64,000 nt of DNA from Antedon mediterranea (Eukaryota; Animalia; Echinodermata): NCBI RefSeq assembly GCF_964355755.1, contig NC_092677.1, positions 22,431,175 to 22,495,174 of the forward strand. The letters are read 5' to 3'. This document shows, one piece after another, positions 38,241 through 51,825 of this stretch. Position numbers and translations under genes: made by a program. The notes beneath the pieces were generated by a model, which saw only the letters and a program-made list of their open reading frames with translations, had not been told where the DNA came from and ran no database searches. Every line of letters begins with the position of its first letter. Positions within the stretch are counted from its first letter, which is position 1.

Positions 38241-39005
38241 TGATCAAGTATATTATGATATTTCAAAAGTGTATACAATAATGATAATAGATGTTAACAA
38301 AGTAAGAGCACGAATGCAACTGATGAATAAACCCCAAACTATTCAGTACAATTATGCCTATCTTCAGTGTAACTGAATATCAATTTTATCGTAATATTTT
38401 TAGTTAAATTTAATTCAGTGCAAACTGCAGGGCGCGCAGCAGTCACGCTCTAATGATTGTACAAACAGACTTGTGTAGAAGAATGGTTGCTTTTTTGCAG
38501 GAAGAGTTGTACGCTTCCATTATATCATGAGGTCATTTATTGTGTATAATGGATAGTTATGACAGTGCAGTATAAAATAAAAATTCAAAACAGATGTACA
38601 GAACTACAAACACTTTTTTTTTTTATTAAATTCAACAAGTTAGGATATCATTAAAGATGTTTTGTCCCTTGAAACACAAAAAAATGAAGTTCAAAATATT
38701 ATAAATTTAAATTGGCCATATCAAATTAATATTAAATTTATTCACTTTAAGTCGAAAATTCAAGCCAAAAACAAGTTTATGTAATTAACAGGTAAATTAG
38801 TTTGATTACATTTCGTCTGGAAAATCGTCGCGAGCGAAAGTAAACAAAATGTTAAAACTGATAAAATTACTGATTCGTAAAACAACACCAAGATTTTATT
38901 GTTATTATTATTTCTTCATACGTCTTAAAAAATAAAGCCTCTGTTTGCACCTATTGGTAACATATGTTGAATGTTAGAATTGAAAAAAATTCATCTCCTT
39001 CTAAC

Positions 39006-40557
39006 AATATTGTTTGAAACCAAATTTTTGTTTATAGTGAAGGACAAAATTACGCTGAACTTGCCCAATTTTTCAAGGTGATGTCAGCTTGATTTGCCGA
39101 CACTGATCATGGCATAGTCATGTGATGTTATTGTGACATGCGCCCTTAAGTTATTACTTGAAAACTTTCTGGGTGAGTCCCAGGTTATGGAACTGTTGTC
39201 TCTGGTCGTGAACACCGCATACTTCATTTTTGGAAACATCATATACAGGCAAAAATCTGGCATAGCTATGGGAAGTCCAATTAGACCAATCGTTGCAAAT
39301 CTGTTTTTAGAATGGTTGGAGACCGAGGCCAATAAGCAGAGCAAACAACAACATCAGACCTACTTATTGGGGAAGGTATGTAGACAAGGTTTTAGCTTTG
39401 GTTAAAAAAGAATCCATAGAAGATCTTAACCAACATCTTAACACCATAGACCCTACTAAAAATATCAAGTTTACTACAGAAAGAATGGCTGACAACACTC
39501 TCCGTTTCTGGACCGCCTCATCACCCTAAAAACTGACGATACAATTACAACTTCGATTGACAAGAAACCCACACATACAGAACTATACTTGAACTTCAAA
39601 TCAAATCATCCTCTTGAGCATAAGCTGAGCGTCGTTAACACATTAGTGGACAGATTCCAAAACATTGTAACACAGCAGAGTAAAAGAGAAGAGATGAATC
39701 ACATAAGAAAGGTACTTAATATATGTGAATACCCCAACTGGGCCATTGATTTAGTGATAAACAACAAAAAAGAAAAGAATAGTCGGAAAAAGGAGAAAAA
39801 AAGCAAGACATGCATGGCAGCGTAGCTTTACCCTATGTGAGAGGGCTATCCGAAAAGATATGTAGAACACTCACTAGCAATAAAATTAACTCTTACTTTG
39901 TATCCCAAAACAAATTAAGATCACATCTAGTACACCCAAAAGATAAGATTAAGCCGGAGGACACAAGTGGAGTAGTGTATGGTGTACCCTGTATGAATTG
40001 TAACCCAATATACATAAGAGAAACCCGTAGAAAACTGGGAAACAGAATAAAAGAACATAACAAGATGTACAAGAAAGGGGTTATGACAAGGTCAAGCAGA
40101 ATGTCACAATCAAACACACACGTAAATCTGCAATTACAGACCATGCTACAAAGGAAAACCATACACCTAATTGGGAGGCAAAAGTGTTAAAGAAAGAGGC
40201 AAACATCAACAAGAGAGGATGGCAAGAAGCAATTATAATTAGAAAAACTGAAAATAACATGAACAGAGATCAAGGCGGAAAGTGGCTGTCACAAATATAT
40301 GATGACTTGTTAGAAGTTAGACGGCCGACCGGTGCGGACCCCTCGGGACTCACTCAGGTTTTCAAGTAACAACTTATAGAGGCCGCATGTCACAATAACA
40401 TCACATGACTATGCCATGATCAGTGTCGGCAAATCAAGGTATACATAAATTAAATATCACTACCTTGAAAAAGTGCGATGATAACACATGAAACGCTGGG
40501 TAAGTTCAATGTAATTTTGTCCTTCACTATAAACGAAAATTTGATTTCAAATAATAT
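39006..40557 (+). mobile_element. 5'-truncated Penelope-like retroelement (RT + GIY-YIG) with an inverted pLTR
   Basis: YRQKSGIAMGSP, SNHPLEHK, LPYVRGLSEKI and GVVYGVPCMNCNPIYI motifs, frameshifted. 39006-39142 is the inverted copy of ~40384-40557. Confidence 0.9.
40461..40502 (+). ncRNA. Degenerate minimal hammerhead motif (U3-A8 variant) in the pLTR
   Basis: ACC-UUGAAAA-A-GUG...CAU-GAAACG-CU-GGGU; the cleavage triplet is mutated. Confidence 0.5.
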
Positions 40558-43500
40558 GTTTAATGTTCTTTCCAGTTAAGTTTATCATCAATTATTGTAT
40601 TTTAATATTTATGATGTTTTACAATCTCAACCTTATCAATCATAATTATCAGCTCACTGTGGTTTTTATCACGTTTCCTATATCAATAATAATATCTTTT
40701 GTTTTCATGATATTCAACTTTAAGTAATTATCAGTACAACAACAAAAAAAACAATTTACATTATCAAAGTATAACTGAGTAGAATTATCTTTTACATGTC
40801 CAACAAGACAGGTGTTATCTACATATTTTACAGTAAAACTAAGTCATCTAATTACAGTTAAAATCATTAGAAAAGAATTGGTGAAAGGACACAGCCTTGG
40901 GGCGCTCTGGTATTGCTTGTGCAGATTTGAGATTTACACTCATTAAAACAAACAAATTTTTCCCTATCCTTTAAAAAATGATTGATCCATAAAATGGTTT
41001 ACACCCAAAATATTCATTTTCTTTATTAAAATATGTGGTTGTAATAATTGTCCTATAATAATTATGTTTGAAGTTATTTTGAATTAGAATGCAATTCTGC
41101 AAGTAGTAAGTAGTAAGAACAAACCAGTATATTTTGAAGGTAACAATATATACATAAAAATAACGAACAAAAAACTTTACATTGTAAACTGTAATGCGTT
41201 TGTCATGAATTTACTGCATAGTTCATGCATAGTTCTATCTGCTTAGACCAATAATAAGAGGCATTGAAATATTGATCGTTGTGTTTGAACGCACCTTGAA
41301 TTTTAACGACATGGATTACCGTACGCCTTGCGTTATTAGATAACAAACCTAACGCCGTGAGTCTTAACATACAGTACCCTTGGATAGCTTGTGAACCACT
41401 TGAAGGCAATGCCCCTAATAGTAATACTAATTTTTTTCAATTAAGGATTACGATACAATGGTAGTATCCCTATTATAAGTCTAAAAAGAGCCAATCTGGG
41501 AAAAATTATTATCTTTTCTTATTGATACCATGTATTACTTTAGAATTTAAAATGATTATGTACAGTCGGAAATTCTGTGCACAGTGTACGTGTATGTTTT
41601 TATACTTTTTAAAATAATTTTATTAAATTCATATTTATATTATATGCTGTCCCTTTGTCAAATTCCCAACAAATAAAAATTAGAAGATTTTGAAAAAAAG
41701 TGGGTCATTTTGAAGTATCATAATAGTTATTAACTTTCCTCAAAAATTAGTCGAATAAAAAATTATTTAACTGAAATACAGACGTTTTTTAGTTTAAAAA
41801 AAAACTGTGACTTCCAGTCAAAGTTTTCGATCAAAACATATTTCATAATGCAACGCGCTTGTTTGGCTACTATGTATGCATAATCATAAAACTTCCTCGC
41901 GATCTGTGTGAAAACACCTTCTCAACCGTGACAAGTTGTAAACAATCCTAATTAGGATCATGCATAATGCATACTCTTGGTTTGAAATCTTTGTTTACTT
42001 TCGCTTGTGACGATTTTCCAGACAAAATGTAATCAAACTAATTTACCTGTTAATTACGTAAAATTGTTGTTTTTGGCACGAATTTTTGACTTAAAGTGAA
42101 TAACTTTAATATTACTTTGATATGGCCAATTTAAATTTAGAATATTTTGACTTTCATTTTTTTGTGTTTCAAGGGACAATACATCTTTAAGATATATTAT
42201 CCCCCAAAAATCATGAAAAATATAGATTTCAGACTTTTAAAAGGCCATTTTGGAGGTTTAATGAAGTTACTCAATTCCATAGGAAAAAGACAATTTCACT
42301 TATAAAAAAAAAAAACAAAAAAAAAAAAACAGTTAAATTTAACCAAAACCCTATGGCTTGACAGACAATTTGACTAATTGTTGCTTTAAATTATAGTTTT
42401 TTTCAGATAAATAATATTTTTGCCAATCCAATTTTTTGTCAAAGTGAATAACTCTTATGTGACATTAAAATAACATATTCAACAATAAAATGTTTTTTCA
42501 GGAGGACAATATATTTTTAAAATTAAAAACTTATATTATTTAAAAGTCTAGATTCCAAAAAATTGATATGTCCACTTAAAATGGAAATTTATTATATTAC
42601 TTTCTGAATAAAACAAAAAATATTTATTTAAAAAAACGCTGCTCGCTTATAGGCGATAAAGATAAAGATATATTGTCCCTCTGAAAAATATTTTTTATTT
42701 CAAAATTTGTTTTTGAATGTGTCATTTTATTGTCACATAATAGTTATTTTACCTGAAAAAATGTAATATTAAAGCCTAGATACTTCAAGTGTGAAGTATC
42801 CTATTACAAACAAAAACTTTTATGGACTGTTTTGATAATAATTCAATGATTATCTGACAGGGATTTACAGTATTATAATATCATTGGACTCATAAATGCC
42901 AAAAATTCTTAGGGATTTGTCGTTCAACTGTCTTTTCCCAGACGTTTTTTGGGTCCAGCACTATAATTTATAGTGGAGTATGCATTTTCGCAAAAATGTC
43001 AGTCTCTCAGTACTAAAACTGCTGCTTGCTTTATATCTGATTGCGTCATCTTGTGACGTAGCCGGCTAGAGCAGCAGCATGAAAAATACATACAAAATAA
43101 TATACGGTAGCCTAAATCCTATTATTATTACAGTATATCAAAATCAAATTATGAATATCATTAAAATAAAATTATGAATATCATTAAAATAAATTAGGTC
43201 AATTAAATATCCTAAAATAAGTGGTACAAAATTAACTGATAGTACTGATCTTGTAATAATTTTATTTCAATTCAATTTCTTGTATGAGTAAACAGTTCTT
43301 TCAATTAAAAGTATTTTTCTACAGTGAAAAAAAAAAATAACAGAGAGTTTGTGAAGTGCAGCAATATTTTATTTGGAGTTATTTATTTTCTTATAGATCA
43401 TGGAGGCCATGTATAGATCAAAAAATCGTAAATTTATGCTGTACCACAAAGTGATTAACAATAGGCATAAATGAAAACAGCAATGAACAAGAATTAAATA

Positions 43501-44801
43501 AATCCAGATCAGTTAGGGTAACTAGTGTTGGTCCCCAGTGTCATCGCTGACATATATCTATGTCTATATGTATAGTACTGTCGTGGTACGTGAGACCATG
43601 CCCGCATTAATTTGGAGGTTTGCTCCCTGGGTATCAATCGTGATAACAAGTTGTTGATTGCCGTTACCATACCATTTATTGTGCACAAATCAACGTTACT
43701 TAGAAAATAACGAGAACGAAGGAAAGCAAATATACAAACAAGCGTTACACAATTTCAATAACAATCAGTTTATAACTTTACTTTACCACTGTATTACCAC
43801 TATAATTAAACACAACCTCACTGTGTAAGTGATATAATTTTACTTGTGGCAATGTTTTCTGGGTTGAAATCCGTACTTATCATCTTATCTTATCGGTAGG
43901 TCATACACCCCCGTCGTTGAAAAAAAATACCAAACTTTTTAAATTTGTCCGTTCATGCATGCGCAATTGGCGCTCCATACTTAAAACATAAGAATTTCAA
44001 AATTCAAAATTTATTTTTGTAAAATGTTGAATGTTACGGGTTATTTGAAATATGAAATATAAATAAATGTTGACGACTTTATAATATTGATCTAAGCCTA
44101 TGGAAGCTTCGTATTTATGTCATACTCGACTCATCCGTCGTATAGCCTATGGCGGCTATGAATATGATATGATCGAGCGGGTCACTTGGTTGAGTTCAAA
44201 ATGTTTTTATTTCTAATTATACAGTACCACACAGTAGGCCTAGTGTACTAGTTACTGTAATTAAATGTATTTTTTAATTCAAAATACTTATACTAGGCCT
44301 AAGTAGTAGATAAATGATTTTCTTGACTCCGGCTGTCACTCTGACTACTAGGTCCTAGGCCTAGACTTAAATGAGTGCTTCCGTCGTCGCAACAGTGTGC
44401 AGCGGCGACGAGCCATGACTGGAGGGCATTCGTAGATTAGGCATAGGAAACGTGGTGTACGTAGCCTAAGCGTAGAGCACATCCTACGAATTCTCCACGT
44501 GTTGTAAACGTAGTCTACCTGTAGAGATGTTGCAGTAATTATTATCTGTACTGTATCATATTAATTAATTGATTGGATTATGTGAACAAATAATAAAATA
44601 TTAAATTAACTTAAAAAACTCTTTTTAAAAGTGAAAACCTTTTTCAAAATTGCAAAGTTCGCGCAATGTATTATTGTTTCTAGCTCCATTGTTATAGTAA
44701 AAGGCGGTGGCTTTATGTGACCTAGTGCAATATAATGAGATGTTTAATGTTCTCAGGTTGTGAGGAAGGGAAGAGAATGTATTAATGTGTAATTATAAAT
44801 T

Positions 44802-44959
44802 CAAAGGCAAATTACTGAAAAATGACAATGCTGTGGGTATCAGTGGCTGGATCTCAATGGAGAAGCAAAATAAAATAAGCAAGCTAAATCACAACGATAA
44901 AGTAAAACATCCAGAAAAATAAACAGAGCTTTGGGCAACACTAGCCCTTCTTCAGTGCA
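44802..44959 (-). mobile_element. Second solo pLTR-like repeat with a decayed hammerhead (44923-44958)
   Basis: Homologous to 6322-6497. The core CUGAAGA-A-GGGC..GCCC-AAA has lost the G of GAAA. It is flanked by a duplicated ttaatgtgtaattataa. Confidence 0.7.
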
Positions 44960-45393
44960 GTTAATGTGTGTTAGTTAATGTGTAATTATAATTTAAATAT
45001 TGAAAGATCATAATGCACATTTACGGAAGAACGGACAAAAAGCAACTAATAGACCGCGCTTAAAACAAAAACTCGTAACACGAAAGATTCGGTAAGCTTG
45101 GTGGAGGAGGGGAGGTTGGAAGATGCGGGGATGGTTGACAAATCACAGTGCATGATACGGTGTTCATATTCAATCCGATGGAATTGTATGAAATGTACTT
45201 AGGCCTTATAGTTGCAAGGATCCGATTATATTATATATTATAATTTTATAACGGTAACAAAATCGCCATCTGATGTTGAAATATTTATTTGGAAATAACA
45301 AACAATACAGAGAAGAACACATGAATACTTTATAGATTCGTATACAATATTCTTTTAATAAATTTAATCAAAAGTATTTACATTTCATTTATT

Positions 45394-46597
45394 TCAATTC
45401 AAAAGACAATTATTATTATTATTTTTAAATTCTATGTCAAATAACAATATGACAAACCCTTTCTGCATTAGGCCTATTCGTTTTTTGTGTCGCCTAATGG
45501 CATCGATGGATTGCATGCATCTTTTCCAAGCATCCCCCTGCAACCCATAAGGAATCGGCGCGATCTTAAAGGTATACTGCTTCACTTTGGCCATTCTTGC
45601 TGGATCGAGTTTACCTGATGTATTACACCACTCTCGTTCTTCTTCTGTGAAGAAATAGTCCACCAGCCATTAGTTTTGTAATTAGAGCATGTGGTATTTC
45701 GTCTTGTTCTTGTGGTGGTAGTTGTGCTGGTGGTGGTAGTTGTGCTGGTGGTGGTAGTTGTGCCGTTGGTGGTATTTTTTGTTGCTGTGGCATTTGTATT
45801 GGCTGTTGTATTAGTTGGGTTGTGGTGGTATTACATGTGGTGACCTTATGCATTCAAGTGTTGCCAGGCGCTGGTGGAAAGAGCGCAATTGTTGCTTTTG
45901 CCTTTCAATAGTGCTCTCTTGCACCTCCACCTTCTCTTCTAACTTTCGCAATTTTCACCGTAAATCATCAAGGCCCACGTCAGATTGATGATCATGCTCA
46001 TCTACTGCTCTGAGAGGTTCTTTGCCCGTTGCATTGACAGCGTTTTCTACGAGTTCGGCTAGGATCCCGTCGGCTTCATCGAGGTCTACATCAAAAATGT
46101 CGTACTGAAAGTCAACATCATCTTCCACCATTGAGCGCGCCGCAGGCTGAACTTCAGTCACATGTAGTATACGAGACGCCTAAAGTAAATGAATAATAAC
46201 ACAATCGAAACAATTTATTTAGGTAAAAAATTATTCAAATAATGCTATTGTATATTATTGCACGTCGTTACGAATCGCACAAAATTAAATTAAATTGTTT
46301 TAGTGTAGGGCTCACTTAAGTAGGCTATCATTATGCAGTATGTTAGTCACTGGAGTTAAGTCGCGTACAATACATGGGTCCTAACTTACCAGTATCTCTA
46401 CGGAGAGAGGTTTTTGGTTTTTGGTCCATTGGTTTCTGGAGATCTTCTCTGTGCTGCTGCAAGTTTTTGGGGCACAGCAGCGTCTTCGACTGGAACATCT
46501 GCCTCCGCAGCCTCTTCTATGTCGTCCTCTCCTGCTTCTTGTGAATCGGATACGATATGTTCATATCTTACTCTTAATCCTATGGTTGACGCGATCT
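45394..46597 (-). pseudogene. Coiled-coil + P/Q linker + BEN-domain gene, at least 2 exons (~46390-46597 and ~45394-46180), decayed
   Basis: LITKLM..FFTEEER..NTSGKLDPARMAKVKQYTF...WKRCMQSIDAIRR fits the BEN pattern. The donor GTAAGT is at ~46389, acceptors are TTTTTCAG and TTTAG, and AATAAA follows the stop. Confidence 0.65.
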
Positions 46598-46858
46598 GAA
46601 AAACAAAGAAACGCAAATTAAAAACGGATACCTGACGCTATTTAGGATTAGCTCAAACACTTTAAGTAATGATACATGTTTAGCGGAATCATAGGCCTAG
46701 ATATTTAAATAATATATAGGCATATATATATATTTTATACATGCTAAATATATTTAAAATGGAGGACACTTTTTTAACAATTAAAATTATTATCAGTCAT
46801 ATTCTGTCCAAAAATAAAATACGTAGGCATATACGTATCCCAAAATAAAAGAAGTTTA

Positions 46859-47786
46859 CTAGCCTATAACTTTAAACTTGACTTGACGACGAATAACAGC
46901 TTGAATAACCTTCCGAAGATGACTGATGTGCTTAGTACAAAGTTTAGCCGTCATAATCTCCGTCCAGAAAGTTTTTATACCTTCGATCAGCTGTTCTTTT
47001 GTGTTCGGCTTGTGAGTGTTTTGGAGATACTTCTTTAGCTGATGCCATACCAATTCAATTGGGTTGAGGTCAGGACTTTCCGCTGGCGTCTTACACCAGT
47101 TGATGTATTTTGCAGTCATGAATTCTTTGGTTACCTTTGCAGTGTGTTTAGGATCATTGTCCTGCATAAAGCGGGAGCCGTTAGTGAAGTTTTGCTGTAC
47201 GTATGGCAGCAAAGTTGAATTCAGTATAGCGTCTACGTAAAACTCGGTACGCATGATACCATCGAATATTACTATGGTTTTTAATTTTGGCTGTTCGTCT
47301 ATTTTGTGAAAGGAGATACGACCATGGTGATCCAATTCGATAGTGCTTTTGTCTGTAAAAATCACATCTTTAAACTGTTCATTGCTTCTAATGCAACGAA
47401 GCGCAGATTCGTATCGGTGAACTTTGTTTGGCTCTCTGATTAGCTGACAGTACCTACTTCCATTGCATCGCCATCCAAGTTTTCGTCGTGTTTTCTTAAT
47501 GCAATCTATACTAAGATTGACATTAGTTCGCTCTTGAATGATTTGCTTTAACTTTCTAGCCGTCAATTCGTCATTAGCCGATGATATTGAGGTGTTCGGC
47601 AGTAACTATCTTTGGTCGGCCAGAACGTGGAAGGTCATATCTCGAGATTTCTTTAGTATTCTATACAGTGCTTCGATGTATAGAAATACCCTCCATCTTA
47701 AATATGTTTATTATTTTAGAAATGCTAAAACCAATAGCGTTATAGTGGACTATTCGTGCACGGACGTGATTTGGTGTTCGAGACAT
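46859..47786 (-). pseudogene. Tc1/IS630-type DD34E transposase, decayed
   Basis: ATG at 47786, HTH with RSGRP, IFTD, FMQDNDPKH-(34)-SPDLNPIELVW. It has a stop codon and deletions in the 5' part. Confidence 0.85.
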
Positions 47787-48224
47787 TTTGTGATATGAGA
47801 CCTCGGTATAATTTATACTGATGTTTCAGACAAATTTTGACATTTGATTGGACATTCATTTGTTTCTTTTTGCCAATCAGTGATAATTTATGCAAATAAA
47901 TACCCTGGATTGACATTCAACACACAAACAAAAATGAGGTGATGTTTTTACAAATTCTCGAGCATTTGATTCGACAATCTTTGCCGCTATTTAATAATTA
48001 CACATAAAAAATAAGCACAAAAATACATTTAATGAACAAACAAAAAATTGATATACCTTCGTATGTATTGCTTTTTTTAAATTATTCATGAATAAAGCTT
48101 CTCATTGGTTAAGTCCGTACTTACACGGAAGAAAATAGAGCATTTGAATAGGCAATATATGACCGGGAAATTTGTAGATTATTTTACCCTATTTGCCAAT
48201 CGATCAATATTTCACTTCAATGTC

Positions 48225-49030
48225 TTGACCTTGATTGAATAATTGATAAACTCCAACTGGAGTATCACTTAATGTGTGAGTAGAGGTTGAGGAGGGGAGA
48301 GCTACGGTAATCATAGATTAGTTTGGAGAAGGTTTTAGTGATAGTGATTGAAGTTGTAGAGAACGGGAGAGCATTCCAGTCTCTGACTGTGTTAGGGAAG
48401 AAAGAGCTCTGGAATCGGTTGGTCTTAGCCACTGGAACGTGGTTCCTTGTACATCTTGCTGAGTTTGGTCGTTTACTGTATTCTATATGATCTTCAAGCT
48501 TCAGGTAAATCTTTTGATGGACAATTTTGTGCAGCATCTATTTACTTGTTGTCTGCGCTGAAGTGGTTGGAGGTTGATTTTGTTTAGCATAGCAGAAACA
48601 GAAGATTCTCTACTGTAATTGTTTGTGATAGATCTGGATGCGCGTCTTTGGACAGCTTCAACTTTTTTGATGTTGCACTTTGTGTGAGGGTCCCACACTG
48701 AGCTACAATATTCAACATGGGGACGGACAATGCTTTTGTATGCTTGGATCTTGACATTCCGTGGCGCATTGCCCAGATTTCGACGGACAAAGCCCAGCAT
48801 GCCATTGGCTTAATTGTTAACTGCCCTGTCTGCATGAGGGTTCCACTTCATGTCAGTAGATAAGGTAAAACTCCTAGTTTATGTTGATGAAGAGCCTGTA
48901 GAGTGTGCCCAGAAAACCGGTAGGAGTATTCCAGGACATTTTTCCGTGGTGCTAAAATGTAGCATACTGCATTTATCAGGCTTAAAGGACATAAGCCACT
49001 TCTTTTCCCGCGTCTCGAGATGCTTTAGAT
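48225..49030 (-). mobile_element. LINE 3' fragment (CR1/RTEX-like ORF2 C-terminus)
   Basis: AYKSIVRPHVEYCSSVWDP, VQRRASR and SFFPNTVRDWNALP motifs. Confidence 0.85.
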
Positions 49031-50284
49031 TATTGTAATTCTTAATATTATGATTTATTATGATTTATATTAATGTTATCATTGTTTGTGTTCCTATTTT
49101 GTTAGAGTTCACTGCTATTTGATATAACCTGGTTTTTTTTATAACTAATCAATTGCATAGTGTCAATAAACAGATATTTTTAAATTAAATTCTCAGAAAT
49201 GCTCAAATGTTGTCTTTTACAGTCTAAATCAGTGTTCTATATTCAATAATGTAAAATCATTAATTCATAATCATTTGCTCAAAATAAATTTCAACTGTTG
49301 TCAAAATTCAAATCAGCTTAACAATCTTCATATATTTTGTTATCTTATTTTCAAACTTGTTGGTCATATACAAAATCATTTCCTTTTCTCCAACTATATA
49401 TTTTCTCAAGTTTCAAATTGCTTTCTTTTGTATTTAAATGCATACCAGTCTTTTAAAAAAGGTTCAGATTGACGCTGTCTAAATACAGATACTCGCTGAA
49501 TGACTGAGCCTAAAATCAACCTTATACTTCCTTCCTGTGAAAAATGGCCTTAATTAGTGGGACAGATGCCCAAGCAAGTCCTCCTCCTCTCTTATTAACC
49601 AAACTAAATTATCTTGCTTCCATGCCTCATAGTTTTTCTTTTTCATCGTTGCTCTGATGGGCTTAGCATGTCAGGTGTTTTGATGATAAATGACAGGAGG
49701 ATCTTGCTTCGAGTGGCAAGAGTTCTATAGTGTTTTATAGGCTGTCTAATTTCTCTTGATTATGGATTCATTTATTCAAATTCTAAGGTAAACATGGTTG
49801 CAAATCACAATCACTATACTTTTCATCATCACTGTTCATCCATATCAGTATCCGGTTCAAAGTCAGGATTAGAATCTGAAACTTCAGAATCACTTTCCAA
49901 GCTTTTTGGAAATAAGCTCAATGATGCATTGGTTGACAGCATTGGTTTTTGCTTGTCTTTTTAGTGCTGGATTTACTGTACTTCATTCATTCATTTTGAT
50001 TAGAGGATGTTCTAAATAAATTGATAATGAAAGTATAAATTAGCAAAGTATCTAAATCCAACTAATAGTTTTCATTAATGGACTTCATATGACAAGGTAT
50101 GGCAATACAGTGTTCTGCTAAAGAAATGCTATGTACATTGCTTTGTGGGGTGGGGTCCTGACATTAGTATTACTATTTTAGCATGGGTATATGAGAGCAC
50201 AATAACTCCACCTTATAATCATTGGGTAGCCATAATAGTGGTAAAAAAATTCTGGTTCCAAATAAAAAACTGGAAAATTATTAC

Positions 50285-51825
50285 TTTTATGTTGAACCAA
50301 AAAATACATCACAATTGGTATAAACAAATAATTGGTATAATGGCGTTTTGTTGACATACTGTCAACTTCTTCAAACTACTGTTTGGAATGGTCTGTACAG
50401 TCTTGGAGAACACTTTAACTCAAATCATCCACAAGAACATAAATTAAGCGTGGTTAACACAATAGTCACAGACACAATTGTAAGTGAAAAAGGAGCTGAA
50501 ACATATTAGAAAAGCCTTGGAAAGCTGTAACTATCCTAAAGAACGGTGGACAGAGTTTTGAATAAAGAAAAATAAAAACGTTAGAAAACTAACCTGAACA
50601 AATTCAAGGTAAACAAACAGATAGGATGATAGCACATATTGGCATCCCTTACATTTATCGAATCTCAGATAAGATTCGACAGTCATTGAATAAGAGAATA
50701 CAAAAAGAAAAAGGACGTAACTTTTTCAACTAAATAATGAGGACAAGGGCGAATAGAAATTCATCATCCCAAGTATTAAACAAATCAGCTATAATGGATC
50801 ATGCAATAAGAAATGACCATGTACCAAATTGGAAAGTTAAGGTTATCGAAAAGGAATCACAGATAGAAAGAAGGAAGATTAAAGAAGCCATATGCATACG
50901 GAAAAGATAACACAATATCAAGACTTTGGAGGAATAAAAGAAAAACGAAAACGTTAGAAAAGAAACCTGAACAAATTCAAGGTAAACAAACAGATAGGAT
51001 GATAGCACACATTGGCACCCCATACATTTATCAAAATTCATCAATTACATAAATCAGCTAAAACGGATCATGCAATAAAAAATGACTATGTACCAAATTG
51101 GAAAGTTAAGGTTATCGAAAAGGAATCACAGATAGAAAGAAGCAAGATTAAAAAAGCCATATGCATACGGAAAAGATAACACAATATAAAGACTTTGGAG
51201 GAATAAAAGAAAAACGAAAACATTAGAAAAGAAACCTGAACAAATTAAAGATAAACAAACAGATAGGATGATAGCACACATTGGCATCCCATACATTTAT
51301 CGAATCTCAGAAAAGATTCGACGGTCATGAATAGGAGAATACAAAAAGAAAAAGGACGTCACTAAACACAACTAAATAGTGAGAACAAGGGCGAATAGAA
51401 ATTCATTATCCTATTACACAAATCAGCTATAATGGATCATGCAATAAGAAATGACCATGTACCAAATTGGAAAGTAAAGGTTATCGAAAAGGAATCGCAG
51501 ATAGAAAGAAGAAAGATTAAAGAAGCCATATGCATACGGAAAAGATAACACAATATCAATAGAGACTTTGTAGGATGTGATCTTCCACATGTGTATGATA
51601 GTCTACTTGAAGCAGGAGGAGGGGGGGGGGGGAGGCAGGCGAAAACGCTCAATCGTCAACAGCAGGGCGACTGATGGCGCGCTACACAGCATCTCAAAGA
51701 CTGTACATACCATTCCAAACAGTAGTTTGAAGAAGTTGACAGTATGTCAACAAAACGTCATTATACCAATTATTTGTTTATACCAATTGTGTATATATTT
51801 TTTTGGTTCAACATAAAAGTTATAT
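50285..51825 (+). mobile_element. Deleted Penelope-like element with an inverted pLTR and internal tandem triplication
   Basis: 50285-50410 is inverted at ~51690-51825. Remnants include FNSNHPQEHK and RKIKEAICIR. Segments recur three times between 50560 and 51560. Confidence 0.85.
51723..51763 (+). ncRNA. Degenerate minimal hammerhead motif (inverted twin at 50338-50378)
   Basis: UAGU-UUGAAGA-A-GUUGAC-AGUAU-GUCAAC-AAAACG-UC-AUUA: perfect stem II, but U3.G8 and GAAA changed to AAAA. Confidence 0.55.

Larger units (their letters stand above)
38655..42186. mobile_element. Non-autonomous Kolobok-type element with ~200-bp TIRs
   Basis: TTAA-AGATGTTTTGTCCCTTGAAACAC...GTGTTTCAAGGGACAATACATCT-TTAA; 38655-38850 is inverted at ~41990-42186. 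Confidence 0.8.
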
